Shown: one piece after another, positions 1 through 12,243 of the stretch
Position numbering within the stretch: the stretch's first letter is position 1
How the letters are laid out: the number at the start of each line of letters is the position of its first letter
Source: Eledone cirrhosa
Taxonomy: Eukaryota
Reading direction: 5' to 3'
Assembly: GCA_964016885.1 (NCBI GenBank)
Contig: OZ024750.1
Span: forward strand, 39,308,001 to 39,372,000
Length of the DNA stretch: 64,000 nucleotides
The notes under the pieces: generated by a model
Seen by the model: only the letters and a program-made list of their open reading frames with translations
Database searches by the model: none
What the model was told of the DNA's origin: nothing
Position numbers and translations under genes: made by a program

Positions 1-812
1 GGGTAGAATTAATTTAACGTAATATTTTTCAAACTATAAAACAGTTACCTCCCTTCTTTCATTAACGTGTCGTTTAAAAAACAACGTTGTGTAATAAAAT
101 TCCGCTTCACATTTCCCTTTTCATTCGGTTTATCAACATTAAAACACATCCAACGATAAAAGTTGATTAAATAAATACTACATTTATACTCAGTAGTCAT
201 TTAATTGACTCCATTTATGTATTAATTGCGAACTAAGTGAAAATAAATAATTTCTATATCATTTTACGTTGTTAAATGCCGGTAGGGTTCCATGACACTC
301 GGAGGTCAACAAGGATAAGCAAGCAAGCTTCTGCAGCAATATTCCATCTATTCTGGAACTAATTGTTTTGCATTGTACTCATGATTTATGTCCTTATAGT
401 GGCTGACACCGTCTACCCAGAGGTGCCACTGTGGAGGTTTCTTGTAAAACAAGCATGCCTTGCCTCTATACTTAGCTTTTGAGAGTTCTGCCAGCTTTCG
501 TCTAAATATTCAGCCTTATCTACAAATTATATAGTTTCAACCAATTACTTCTCAGACAACGTGTTAACGGCCTTTTAAAAGAATCATTATTAATTTAGTC
601 TAAAATTTATAGTGATAATTAGGAAAAGCAAGAAGGTGTATGGATAGTTCAGTAAAAACAAAAATCTCACTAGCCATTTCTGTGATGTAATGGCACCGGC
701 GTCTTCCTTACACACACACAGATATATATATAGGAAAAGAAATTGAAAATGGAACCTTTTAAGAATATTTATTTATTTTACCGATTTCACAGTTCTTATG
801 GTTTTCAAAAGT

Positions 813-1374
813 AAAATTGAGATGAAGGGTTTGTGTTTCTGTTATGGTTTGTTTCGTGTATCACTGACGAAGGACTATTTTTATCATATGTAACTCATGT
901 GCAACCACGCAGTACTCTTCTTTCTTCTCATTTATATATATATATATATAGAGAAAATTGAGGTTGGTAATGGCACATGGAATATATAAGAGACAGAATA
1001 CTTTTTTGTGAAAAAACATAATTTTATAAGGTAAGGAAATAATAAAGGGTATAAAAAATGACCGGTTTCGATGGGTCTGCAAAAGCCATCTTTTCAAATG
1101 TTGATTAATATTAAGAAAAATTAATAATACGAAGAGTTAAAATTTGAGACTTGAAAATTCAAGTATAAAATTCATTGTGGGATTTCATAGCAGTTTTCAT
1201 CTAGGTAGCAACAACAGGTTGACTGCTGTGTCCCTTTCTGGTAGTGAATGAGAAGTTATTTGGGGTGTGGGTTATTTTATAAAGGTCAGATTTAGCAATA
1301 GCCAGCTGCTGGTCAGTGAGGGGGTGGAAGCAATATACACACACATACCTTCATCCACACATACATACACATAC

Positions 1375-1415
<41 letters not shown>

Positions 1416-1478
1416 CACACATACATACACACACACATACATATACATACACACATACACACACATATATATACACAT

Positions 1479-1533
<55 letters not shown>

Positions 1534-1572
1534 TATATATACATACACATACATCCAGATACACACATACAT

Positions 1573-1654
<82 letters not shown>

Positions 1655-2188
1655 CCCCACACATACATACACACATATATATATATACATACACACATAC
1701 AAACATACACACACACACACACACACATATATATACACACATACACACACATATATATACACACACACACACACACACATATGCATATATATATATATAT
1801 ACACATACGCATACATCCAGATACCCACATACATACACACACACACACACACACAATACATACATCCACATGCACACACATACTCACACACACACACACA
1901 CACATACATACAATTTTTCTTAATATTAATCAACATTTGAAAAGATGGCTTTTGCAGACCCATCGAAACCGGTCATTTTTTATACCCTTTATTATTTCCT
2001 TACCTTATAAAATTATGTTTTTTCACAAAAAAGTATTCTGTCTCTTATATATTCCATGTGCCATTACCAACCTCAATTTTCTCTATAACCTTCGTTTTGT
2101 GTAGAAAATTACACTTTTCATATATATATATATATATATATATACGAAACAAACCACAACAGAAACACAAACCCTTCATCTCAATTTT
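813..2188. repeat. Inverted repeat (about 951-1122 / 1912-2084, plus 813-858 / 2144-2188) enclosing a compound (TA)n/(CA)n microsatellite at about 1334-1911
   Basis: Arms are direct reverse complements by eye; the microsatellite explains the HTYI/VCVY ORFs. Confidence 0.85.
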
Positions 2189-2284
2189 ATATATATAAAA
2201 GTTATTCTGGGTTGAGTCGGAGGTAACCACAATAAGTAAAGTACTCAATACATAGCAGAGTAAAACAGTTTTAATATAAAAACC

Positions 2285-2318
<34 letters not shown>

Positions 2319-2706
2319 TAAAAAAATAATGAATAAAACAATGAAACAGTTCCTTATATTAAACAAAAAAAGTTCATTATTTAACGATCGTTTCTAGGAT
2401 ATATATATATATATATTCGTTTACAGGTTTGGTATAAAATAAAATGGTATCCGAAAAAGCCAAGCACCAAAAGATCACAACCACCATAAAACGTGTGTAT
2501 GTATGTGCGTATGTTTATGAAGGAGTGTGTATGTGATGTGTTAAAAACATGAAATAAGGAACAATGACTGAATAAAAGATGCAATACGTGTAGAGTCTAA
2601 TACTTGTATTACAATTTTGTTGACAATAACTTCGAAGTTTTGCCAGTGGTAGCTTATTCAAACTAGCAGTCACTCAGTAACTAAATCTACACCATTTTAT
2701 TTTATA

Positions 2707-3147
2707 TCATCATCATCACCGTTTTACGTCCGTTCTTCCACGCTAGCATAGGTTAGACGGGTTGTCCTGTTGTGGGCAGTGTCCGGTCGGCTGACCTTGT
2801 CTTGTTCATACGGTAACTAATTCTGATTGATTTATACAGCCGGATGCCCTTCCTAACACCAACCTCATTTACAGTGAGTGCTTGGGTGCTTTCTTTCTGT
2901 GGCGCCTACACGTCCACTTTACAGTGAGTGCTGGGTCCTTTTTTGGCGTGGCACCCCCACGACCACTTTGCAGTGGAATGATATACACCCCAGTCCCTAT
3001 CATCTCATTTCTACAGCTGAGTAAACTGGAGCAATGTGAAATAAAGTGTCTTGCTCAAGAAAACAACACATCACCCGGTCCGAGAGTTGAATTCACAACC
3101 TTTCGATTGCAAGCCCAATGCTCTAACCACTAAGCCATGCGCCTTCA
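2707..3147 (-). mobile_element. tRNA-headed CORE-type SINE with (ATG)n tail (family B). Further copies about 15790-16122, 16670-17000, 17545-17880, 21251-21556, 33442-33750, 46938-47320, 56546-56720, 60162-60540, 63385-63708 (all -); partial + copies 3901-4017, 29235-29552, 60849-60972
   Basis: Head TGGCTTAGTGGTTAG...GAGTTCAATTC (A/B boxes), CORE-like CCTTGAGCAAGACACTTTATTTCAC, tail GGACGTAAAA(TGA)n; more than 10 near-identical copies in the window. Confidence 0.85.
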
Positions 3148-3744
3148 TAAATAAAGAATTGGAAGTTAAGGGCCGAAACACTGGCTTGAGAGGGAGGGGG
3201 AGTTCTCTGAAGTCATTTTACTGTCCAGCTCTCCTGAGAGTTTCTTAGATGGGCTCTCCCGTCGTATATCGACGTATGAGGGTTCAACAGTCTTCAATTT
3301 TTTTAATGGTGATACCTTAAATAGTTCTTTAGTCCAGCAAGTGATTTCCACAACAAGCCGTATACGTATGAATGTGTGCAGAAGTTGGGAATAAGCATTA
3401 AATAGCGAGGTTTAAAGAGCAACTTCGAAGTTACTTCAAGCCTGGTTTCTCTGAGAGAAACAAGTGTGTGTGTGGCTGCCAGCCATTGGTCACATCAAAG
3501 ATTATATATATATATATTACAGTATATATCAATACTTTAGATCAGACATTTACACATAATGTAGTGATGCGGCACACTGTGTCACATATGGTTTGCAGGT
3601 GTGCCGGTAGCTTTCCAGACAACCTGGAAAATGCAAGGATATTTATAAAACTCCAGTGGGTTTTTTTAAAGCACCGCACAGGTACATGGATTTTCCTTTT
3701 GCAGCGAAGTGCAATGTGTGCACAAGACTGTTTTAAATACCATG

Positions 3745-3780
<36 letters not shown>

Positions 3781-3829
3781 CACACACATGGTATTTAAAA
3801 CAGTCTTGTGCACACATTGCATTTAAATA

Positions 3830-3892
<63 letters not shown>

Positions 3893-6412
3893 CACACAGT
3901 GAAGGCGTGTGGCTGAGTGGTTAGAGAATTGTATTCGCAATCGTAAGGTTGTGTTCGATTCCTGGACCAGGCGATGCGTTATGTCCTTGAGCAAGATACT
4001 TTATTTCACGTTGCTCCTTCTACCTGGAGTTGCGACCGATAGATAGTATTAGCAATTGGAAAGACCAACGGAAACATTGTTCCCTCGGTCCGATTTGACA
4101 AAAAAGTCGATCGTTCCTTTATATATATACAAACGTATAGGCCTGAGTACAGTAGATTTCTTCTCGAGAAAGGAAGAATCGACCCTAGTACTAGACTGGT
4201 ACTTTTTTTATCGACCTCGAAAGGATGCAAGGCAAAGTTGACCTGACCTGGGCGGGATTTGAACTCAGAAAGCAGAGAGCCTGAAAGCTTGCTACTATAG
4301 ACACATACAGCGGGTGTCTGGTCATCCTCTGCAGTAATACCTTTGCCATTTTGTCCGCGAGGTGCGGCTGAGGAACCACTGAAACTGGGGTGTAGTGGCT
4401 GCCCCTCCCTCTCTTTCATTGTTTGATTCCTTTTTCTTCTATTCATTTCCCTTTAATAGTGTTGTATTTGTAGAAACAGCTTTGTAACAGGAGAAAATTA
4501 AAATTTGGCGACTAGACTTCGATTTCTGATCGAATGTCCAAACCAAACAAACCCTTATCCAGCACGTTATTAAAATAAAACCCGCCGAGGTTAACTTTGC
4601 CTTTCATCCTTACGGGGTCGATAAAATAAAGTACCAGTAATCTACTGGGTAAATTGCTGGCCTTGTGCCAAAAGTAGAAACAGTTATTAAAATAAAACCC
4701 GCCGAGGTTGACTTTGTCTTTCATCCTTACGGGGTCGATAAAATAAAGTACCAGTAATCTACTGGGTAAATTGCTGGCCTTGTGCCAAAAGTAGAAACAG
4801 TTATTAAAATAAAACCTTTATAAGGAGCATGTCAAACCCACCATTTCCCTATTTTGTCCCTACCTGTTAGAAATAAAAGGAAGTAAAGTGCTAGTGTTAA
4901 GAAATCCGACACAGAATGTGGGTTAAGATTTATAACAAGATAGCAACGTGTAAGATAGGTGGATAAAACTGGTGAGAAGAAGAGAGATGTCTCTAATATA
5001 TTGTTGTTGCGGTCTTATATCAAGTTTATTATTGAACATGTTGGTAGATAATGGTCCACCGATTAGTAAGATCATTACTACTACAGTGTCTGTCTTAGTA
5101 AATCTAGTCTTATTTTATGTACCTATAAGTAAACTGGTAGATATTGTATGGCAGATGTAACTACAAAGTGGAATGAAAACAATAGGGTATACAACATTGT
5201 TAGGTGAATGCTAAGAAGAAAAGAAGAAATTCAACATGCTAAAACATGAGTATTTAACAAATCAATAGATCGATTGAACTGTAGTAAGGAATGGATGAGA
5301 TCGATATAACCGGGTCGGGGGTGAGTGTGTGTGTGTTGGGGGGGGGGGGGGTGATAAATTGAATTAGAGAGAATTTAAATCTATTTACGATGCTTTATAG
5401 GAAGAATTTAGAAAGTAAAATTTCAAGACAAAAATATTTAAAAAATGAAACAGCAACATGATACAGAAACTAAATGCCGTATCTACTATTGTATAAGTCG
5501 CACCTCCATTACATTACGATTAGGTTTTGTAGGTCCAATAGATAAGTCGCATGCTGGTTATTCACATCTTATTTGCGTGTGAAAAGGTGCGACATATACA
5601 CGAGTATACACGGTCAAGTACACATCGCAGTTTGTGTTTACGTTTCAATTTTCAATTTTTCTGGCTTGGAATTTCACTTTCACTTTATTTGGACAATGCC
5701 GACCATAGAAGCCACCACCACCATACAGCCGTGGGGGGAGGGGTCATTATTACTAGACCAAGGGGTTACAGTGTATGGAAAGATATTTCAGTAATGCTGC
5801 AGTCATTAACTGTAAAGACTGTGTAATTAACTATTAAGCAATGTCTATCAAGTAATTACATTTGTTTTTGTCGCTTAAAATACTAAATGGTGGTGTGTTA
5901 CATGTCATTTCCAATCTTCCATGCTCCACCATCATGTTCTGCTCCAGTATGGCCTTAGACATCATAACCAACTAAATAACACCACTGTTCTTGTTGTTTA
6001 ACAGCCGGTCAACACCGATGTTGAAGAGTTAAGATCAACGATATTCCAGCCATGGCCACCCAGTCATTTTATTTCCCAGACATCTAGGACTGCATTATCT
6101 AATGTGTGGTTTACGTGTTAAGATGGTGAGGTTATGGTTTGGCGGCTATTTCTAACCGGTTAAGCAACCACCTACATGCTCCATCGTTAGCACCTATTGA
6201 ACACTAGTATATTATAGAAATGGAATATTTACAATAAATTTACTAGAACAATTAATAGGCTTAATTATCACTGTTATCAATATTATTAGTATTATTATTA
6301 TTATATCTACCGCATATGGACTTCTTTTATATTTTTTTAAGCATGCAATTAAAATATTTGGAAGAAGAGAGAAAATAAGATATTTGATTTAAATGAGTTA
6401 AAAGAAACCTAC

Positions 6413-6676
6413 CGTGGCTCCAACATAAGCTTCGTAGTTTTGTAGAAATGGGTCTAAGACATAGACGAGGTGGTTAGCCGTAGTTTTGCCAGTATTCTCA
6501 ACGGTGATCGAAGTGGAAATCTTAATCAGATGACTGGACACGTCTACACCACGTTCTACTTTGTTTAGTACAAGATCGCTGTTGACCGACTCCGGCTCGG
6601 CTTGAACCAGACACAGTCCACACCATAACACAACCAACAACAGCGACAACGCCGCATACAGATGCCGCATCAACAT
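6413..6676 (-). CDS. RPN1: Ribophorin I (oligosaccharyltransferase subunit 1), coding exon 1; rest of gene beyond window start
   Basis: ATG at 6676; signal peptide (MLMRHLYAALSLLLVVLWCGLCLVQA) then VNSDLVLNKVERGVDVSSHLIKISTSITVEN, matching the ribophorin I N-terminus as I recall it; 88 codons, then donor ACG|gtaggt at 6412, phase 0. No exon 2 recognised in 1-6412. Confidence 0.88.
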
Positions 6677-7810
6677 ATTGCCAATAGTTGTGTGTGTATA
6701 TTAACTTTAATGGAGTGTGTTATATGTTATATGCCGTAGAAAAAAAAAAGCCAGATATTTTCCACGAAACAAACAATAAGTGTAAAGTTTAACCCGTTGA
6801 TGTCGTTACTGTTGCGGTAATAGAACGACGACAGTGTGGTGGTCAGTAAGTGTAAGAGTGGAACAGACAAGGGGAGGAGACAGCGACAATATACAAATGT
6901 CGACAACTCAACTCTCCAAATGGACGACGTGTCTCGTTTAGAACGACAGCCTCGCTTTCGATATGATCAAAACTGTTATACCTTCCCCAGTAAAGGTTGG
7001 CACTTCCTCCTATGAAGGTGGTAGCTTAGTTGTTGTTAGGTACGCCACATGGCGGACAGTCGCAGTGAAATACAGTACAACGAGAGGAAGCCGCCTCTAC
7101 GTTGTTGTAATGGAAACTAAATCGCCTTCATAACTCACATGCATATAATATATATTAGAAAGGGTACGGTACTAACATTGCGTGGTTCATCACACCCCGT
7201 ATACGAAAGCATAATTGTTTCTACTTTTAGCACAAGGCCAGCAATTATCTCAGTGCATTACTGGTACTTTATTTTATCGACCCCGTAAGGATGAAAGGCA
7301 AAGTTAACCTCGGCGGGATTTGAACTTAGATCGTAAAGGCCCGTAACTCCATGCTGCAAAGCATCGCGCCCGACCCTCTACCGATACTGCCAATCCACTG
7401 CCTAATAAACATACGAAAGTCTCGCTATTTTTATAATACACAAAAATACTGTATATATTTCATATACTCTTCTATGTTATATCTGCTTAATAGAATCGAG
7501 ACGTATCTGAGGATCTTGCGATTTCAGAGTCAGGTTCGATCATTGCATCGATCGTGCCTCGAGCTGTTCGCCAGAGAAACGATTGTAATATGTCTAATAA
7601 ATTTTATTCGTTGCACCACTGATTCTCCGTTTCTTATGTGATATGTATATATATATATGAAAATAACAAACATATCCTGACGAAGTAACACGATACATGC
7701 AGCAGTCATGAAATATATATCAATGCCATCTGTATCTTGGTTGATGCTTGACAGACATATATACATATAATCCTTTAATAACTGCTAAAATAAAAACAAA
7801 TTACATTGAT

Positions 7811-7882
7811 TCCGTTGTCCGGGAAACGAACCCGAATCGCATGCTTTGAGGGCAACCATGCTAACCCTTACGCCACCGACAC
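7811..7882 (-). pseudogene. Degenerate tRNA-Gly copy, anticodon position mutated to TCA
   Basis: 72 nt, 13 substitutions versus the tRNA at 9814-9885; mismatches in acceptor, D and anticodon stems; B box altered (GGTTCGTTTCC); both flanks homologous to the intact copy. Confidence 0.85.
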
Positions 7883-7927
7883 CTCGATCAGAGCAGTTGT
7901 ATATTTTATCAATCACTTTATACATCA

Positions 7928-8797
7928 CTAGCAGTAAAGCCCGGCGTTGCTCGGGGTCGCTCAGTAGCTGTGTTAAAGTTACAATGTTAAGTTTCTTTCT
8001 TGGCTTAAAAACTGTAGTGTCTACTGTGCAGACTTGCATGTGGTGTTTTTGATTAATATTCCCTCAACCAACAATATGCCTTATGAAGTTAAGAAAACAT
8101 AACGATAATCCGAATGTTATAACAAAAGAGGATGCTGGGGATAGAAACTGCACTGGTTATTTATTAACAAAGATCGAAAATGTAAACACTGCAACGCAGA
8201 GAAAAACATTAGCGTAACCAAATTATCAGTTATGTCTGTCTGCACGCCTATATCACCTCTCTGCACGACTGTCTGTCTGCACGCCTATATCACCTCTCTG
8301 CACGACTGTCTGTCTGCACGCCTATATCACCTCTCTGCACGACTGTCTGTCTGCACGACTGTCTGTCTGCACGCCTAACGACGAAATATTTGCTTGTTTT
8401 ACGTAGTCTTTAAATAGACTTGTTTTCAAGTAAAAATATTGTTTTAAAATGCTTTTAAATGGAAATGAAGCAAAACGGAAGCTTAGTGTTCGAACTGATG
8501 AATTTTGCAGGTCAATATTTTGCTGGCTCGACGAAAGCCAGCGTAATTTTTTACGTAAGACGCTCAATGTAAACAGAACAAAGGGAAATAACTGATAACT
8601 TACGCTCAAAAATCGATACATTATATTCGATTTCGTCACATAGGGTGGGTCAATTTGAAATTTTTTTTTTCGATGTCTTCGCTAGGGCTCAATGTACAAG
8701 TATAGCAATTTCGGTGCAATTCTGTGAGAGATTCTAAGAGGAGATGTGTGCCAAAAATCGATAGACAGACAGACAACCACAGTTTTATATATATAGA
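7928..8797 (-). mobile_element. Non-autonomous Helitron-like element
   Basis: On - strand starts a|TCTATATATATAAAA followed by (GTCT)n and ends CCCGAGCAACGCCGGG hairpin + CTAG|t; internal 37-bp tandem repeat at 8234-8375. Confidence 0.7.
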
Positions 8798-8917
8798 TTT
8801 CCAGGTTAACTTTGCCTTTCATCCTGACGGGGTCGATAAAATAAAGTACCAGTAATGTACTGTTATTTGCTGGCCTGGTGCCAATAGTAGAAACAATTAT
8901 ATACATTCCCAGAGTAT

Positions 8918-8956
<39 letters not shown>

Positions 8957-9041
8957 CATATATAACGAAGGAGGTGTGTCCAGAAATAGCCGTCGAAACG
9001 GCTTGGGCTTTGCCGTCGGGGTCATACATTTTCCTATATAC

Positions 9042-9113
<72 letters not shown>

Positions 9114-9813
9114 TTAATCCTTATATATATATATATATATACTCTGGGAACGTATCTTACATGGCCTATTGAGTACGCTGAGATACAACCGGTCCTGGCA
9201 TTGATAAATATGCTGGGTCCGTCAACTCCTTATTATATATATATATATATATACACGCCCCTTTCTGATCTGAGTTCAAATCCTGCCGAGGTTAACTTTG
9301 CCTTTCATCCTTACAGAGTCGATAAAATAAAGTACCAGTAATGCACTGGATTAATTGCTGGCCTTGTGCTAAAAGTAGAAACAATTATATATATATAATC
9401 TCTGACGAAGGACTATTTTTATCATATGTAACCCATGTGCAACCACGCAGTATTCTTCTTTCTTCTCATGTTTATATATATATAATTACCGTTTTACATC
9501 GGTTTTCCACGTTTGCATGTGTTAGATATTTCTGAGCCTAGACAGATGAAGTGCCTACGTTTAGCTCATACGTTCCAGTTTTGACATGGATTCTACAGCT
9601 GGGAGCCTTTCCTGATACCAACAACTTCATGGCATCCACCGGGTACTTTTTATTGTGACATCACAACGACCACTTTTCAGAGGGGACCGGGTTTTTCTTT
9701 AGGGGGTGGGGATTATTCTAATACCGTGCTACCACTTTACAGAATGTATCGGGCGCTTTTTATCTTGAATGTGTATAAAGTAGTTAATAAAATAGAGCAA
9801 CGATTTCAGCGAG

Positions 9814-9885
9814 GCGTCGGTGGTGTAACGGTTAGCATGGTTGCCTTCCAAGCAGTCGATCCGGGTTCGACTCCCGGCCGACGCA
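9814..9885 (+). tRNA. tRNA-Gly (anticodon TCC)
   Basis: GCGTCGG/CCGACGC acceptor stem plus discriminator A; anticodon loop CT-TCC-AA; T arm CCGGG-TTCGACT-CCCGG; intact A and B boxes. Confidence 0.95.
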
Positions 9886-9894
9886 TCCATTGTA

Positions 9895-9902
9895 TTTTTT
9901 TT
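9895..9902 (+). terminator. RNA polymerase III oligo-T terminator of tRNA-Gly
   Basis: Run of 8 T beginning 10 nt after the tRNA 3' end. Confidence 0.75.
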
Positions 9903-10154
9903 ATTTTATAGTATTGCAAAATATGACTTTTTTTTTTAATCGCCATTATCATCATCATCATTAGGGTGGGGGATTAGCAGTATCGGTGGAGCGACGGACA
10001 CTATGCTTCCGTTCAGAGTTCAAATCCCGCCGAGGTTAGCTTTGCCTTTCATCCTTACGGTTAGATAAAGTAAAGTACCAGTAATGTACTGAGGTCGATT
10101 TAATCGACTTTCCCCCTCCCCTAAAATTGTTGGCCTTGTGCCTATATCAGAAAC

Positions 10155-10191
<37 letters not shown>

Positions 10192-11110
10192 GTCATCATC
10201 ATCTATATTGTGACAATTAGCTGTTCTGACCCTGTGTAAAGCTCGAGTGTAAACTGGATTATTCTCCACTACTAACTTGTCTCTTCCATGTTGGCATGGG
10301 TTGGACAAGGGCGGTGAATCACAGGCTTGGGCAGGTGGCTGGTAGTGTGATGCAGTTGTTTCAGGGCTGGCATGGATTGTGGGAGGAAGGGGGGAAGAGG
10401 ATGGAGAAGGTGGGTGTGTGAGGTGGAGGATGGAGAAGGTGGGGTGTATGGGGTGGAGGAAGGAGGCAGATGATGAAGAAGGTGGGGTGTGTGGGGTAGA
10501 GGAAGGGGGCAGAGGATGAAGAAGGTGGGGGTGTATGGGGTGGAGGAAGGGGGCAGAGGATGAAGAAGGTGGGGGTGTATGGGGTGGAGGAAGGGGGCAG
10601 AGGATGAAGAAGGCGGGGTGTGTGGGGTGGAGGAAGGGTGAAGGATATGAGTGGCAGGAAAGTAGGGAGGGGTCATAGTGCAGAGAGGGGATAGTTGGCG
10701 GATTAAGGGGGAGGGAGTAGGAAGAGTTGAGTGGGAATGGGATCTTAAAATGGTGAAGCTCATAGAAATGGTGAAAGAATGCCAAGTGTGGAAAGACTTG
10801 TCTAACCCATGCAAGAGTGAATGTAAAAAGATGATGATGATGGTGATGACGATGATGATGATGATGATGATATATGTATGTTCTTCTGGTTTTATTATTT
10901 TATTATTTTATCGGGAGATCCTTTAAAACATAGAGTTACGGCCATTTATGTTCTGAGTTCCAATCCTGCCCAGATTAGCTTTGCCTTTCATCATTATGGG
11001 GTGGATAAAATAAAGTACCAGTAACGTACTGAGGTCGATTTAATCGACTTTCCCTTATTCCAAAAAATGCTGGCCTTGTGTCTAAATCAGAAACTATTAT
11101 TTTATAAAGG

Positions 11111-11300
11111 GTGGTGGATTGGCAGTATCGGTAGAGGGTCGGACGCCATGTTTTGCAGCATAGAGTTACGGCCCTTTATGGTCTGAGTTCAAATCTTGAC
11201 GAAGTTAACTTTGCCTTTCATCCTTACGGTGTCGATAAAATAAAGTACCAGTAATGCACTGGCGTAATTGCTGGCCTTGTGCCAAAAGTAGAAACAATTA
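11111..11300 (+). mobile_element. tRNA-headed SINE (family A). Other copies or fragments about 4575-4815, 7213-7400 (-), 8803-8900, 9265-9385, 9965-10155, 10930-11100, 13215-13320, 26788-26975, 46028-46225, 49896-50080, 57690-57895 (-)
   Basis: Recurrent GGTGGATTGGCAGTATCGGTAG...GAGTTCAAATCCCGCCGAGGTTAACTTTGCCTTTCATCCTTACGGGGTCGATAAAATAAAGTACCAG...GTAGAAACAATTA; the central block resembles conserved metazoan SINE domains (Nin/Deu-like, from memory). Confidence 0.82.
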
Positions 11301-12014
11301 GTTAATAAATATTCATCAAAGTGACAACGCATACGATAGTAAGTGGGATATGTGAATTAGTACAAAATGTAGAAGGAGAAATTTTCCGTCGTTCTGTTGT
11401 GGGCCATAGAAAAGTAGTTTTAGACCTGTCAACTCTCCCCGTCCGATGGGGAAGTCTCCCACCCACTTTGGGGTGGGTAAGAGATGTCTTTTCGTGTGAA
11501 AATGGGTATAGCATTCATTATGTAAAATCTCATTTTGCCACATTTCTTCCCGTTTTGGGGCACTTTTTTTCATGATAGTCCCCGTTTGGGTTTTTAGTGG
11601 TTGACAGGTCTGTAGATTGCGAGTCTCAAGCGGTGTTTGAGGCCCTTGGGTTACATAATGGCTGAATCTTACTTTACCGGCTATGAAATATCATAGTCAG
11701 ATTTCTCCAGCTCCGATTGTAACTATCTTATTGTATTCCTAATTATGTCTGCTAGGATCAATATGGAGACTATATGTCTACTGCTGTCCATTTCACGTTA
11801 ATAAAGAATTCCTACATGGCTGCTGATAACATTTGTCTTCTGCTAAAAACACGCCACATGTTTTACCTTTGCATGTTACCAATATGTGGAGTGTTGGTTC
11901 TTTTACTGTTTCTAATATACGACGTAGTTTTTTAAAATCCTTATTTCGTTTCAAACTTAAATCATGTAGCAAAAATTAAAATAGAAATATACGAAAAATT
12001 AATAAATGTACTGC

Positions 12015-12115
12015 GATTGGATTTCTGCGGCTATAAATTGACGGAAGTGGTAAGATCCACGCGTGAAATTCGCGCCAAATTTCTCCCCTTCATATCGGCT
12101 GGTTTCCAAGATGGC
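12015..12115 (+). promoter_or_regulatory. Putative IPO9 proximal promoter / 5' UTR
   Basis: Local CpG-rich patch with ETS-like ACGGAAGTG (12041-12049), E2F-like TTCGCGCCAAA (12069-12079) and YY1-like CAAGATGGC overlapping the ATG. Motif resemblance only. Confidence 0.5.
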
Positions 12116-12243
12116 AGGTGATGGTGACTGTAACAAATCTCTGAAAGAAGCTTTAATCGACAGTCTTACAGCTATTCTGTCTCCTCTACACGACATACGA
12201 GTCAATGGAGAGGAACAGATCAAAGCTCTTGAGGTGACAGAAG
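12111..12243 (+). CDS. IPO9: Importin-9 exon 1
   Basis: [44 protein letters not shown]; donor G|gtgcat, phase 1. Confidence 0.93.

Noticed and set aside
1267-2104. Long overlapping ORFs rich in H/T/Y/I or V/C/Y
   Set aside because: Translations of (TA)n/(CA)n microsatellite; open in several frames on both strands.
2882-3133. Recurrent ORF ...PIISFLQLSKLEQCEIKCLAQ... as a multicopy gene family
   Set aside because: It is the antisense translation of SINE family B.
3901-3972. tRNA-like sequence with A and B boxes
   Set aside because: Continues directly into the SINE CORE-like block (CCTTGAGCAAGA..CTTTATTTCAC); a SINE head, not a tRNA gene.
7811-7882. Selenocysteine or functional opal-suppressor tRNA
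   Set aside because: No long variable arm or SeC-type stems; clearly a tRNA-Gly derivative with broken stems and B box.
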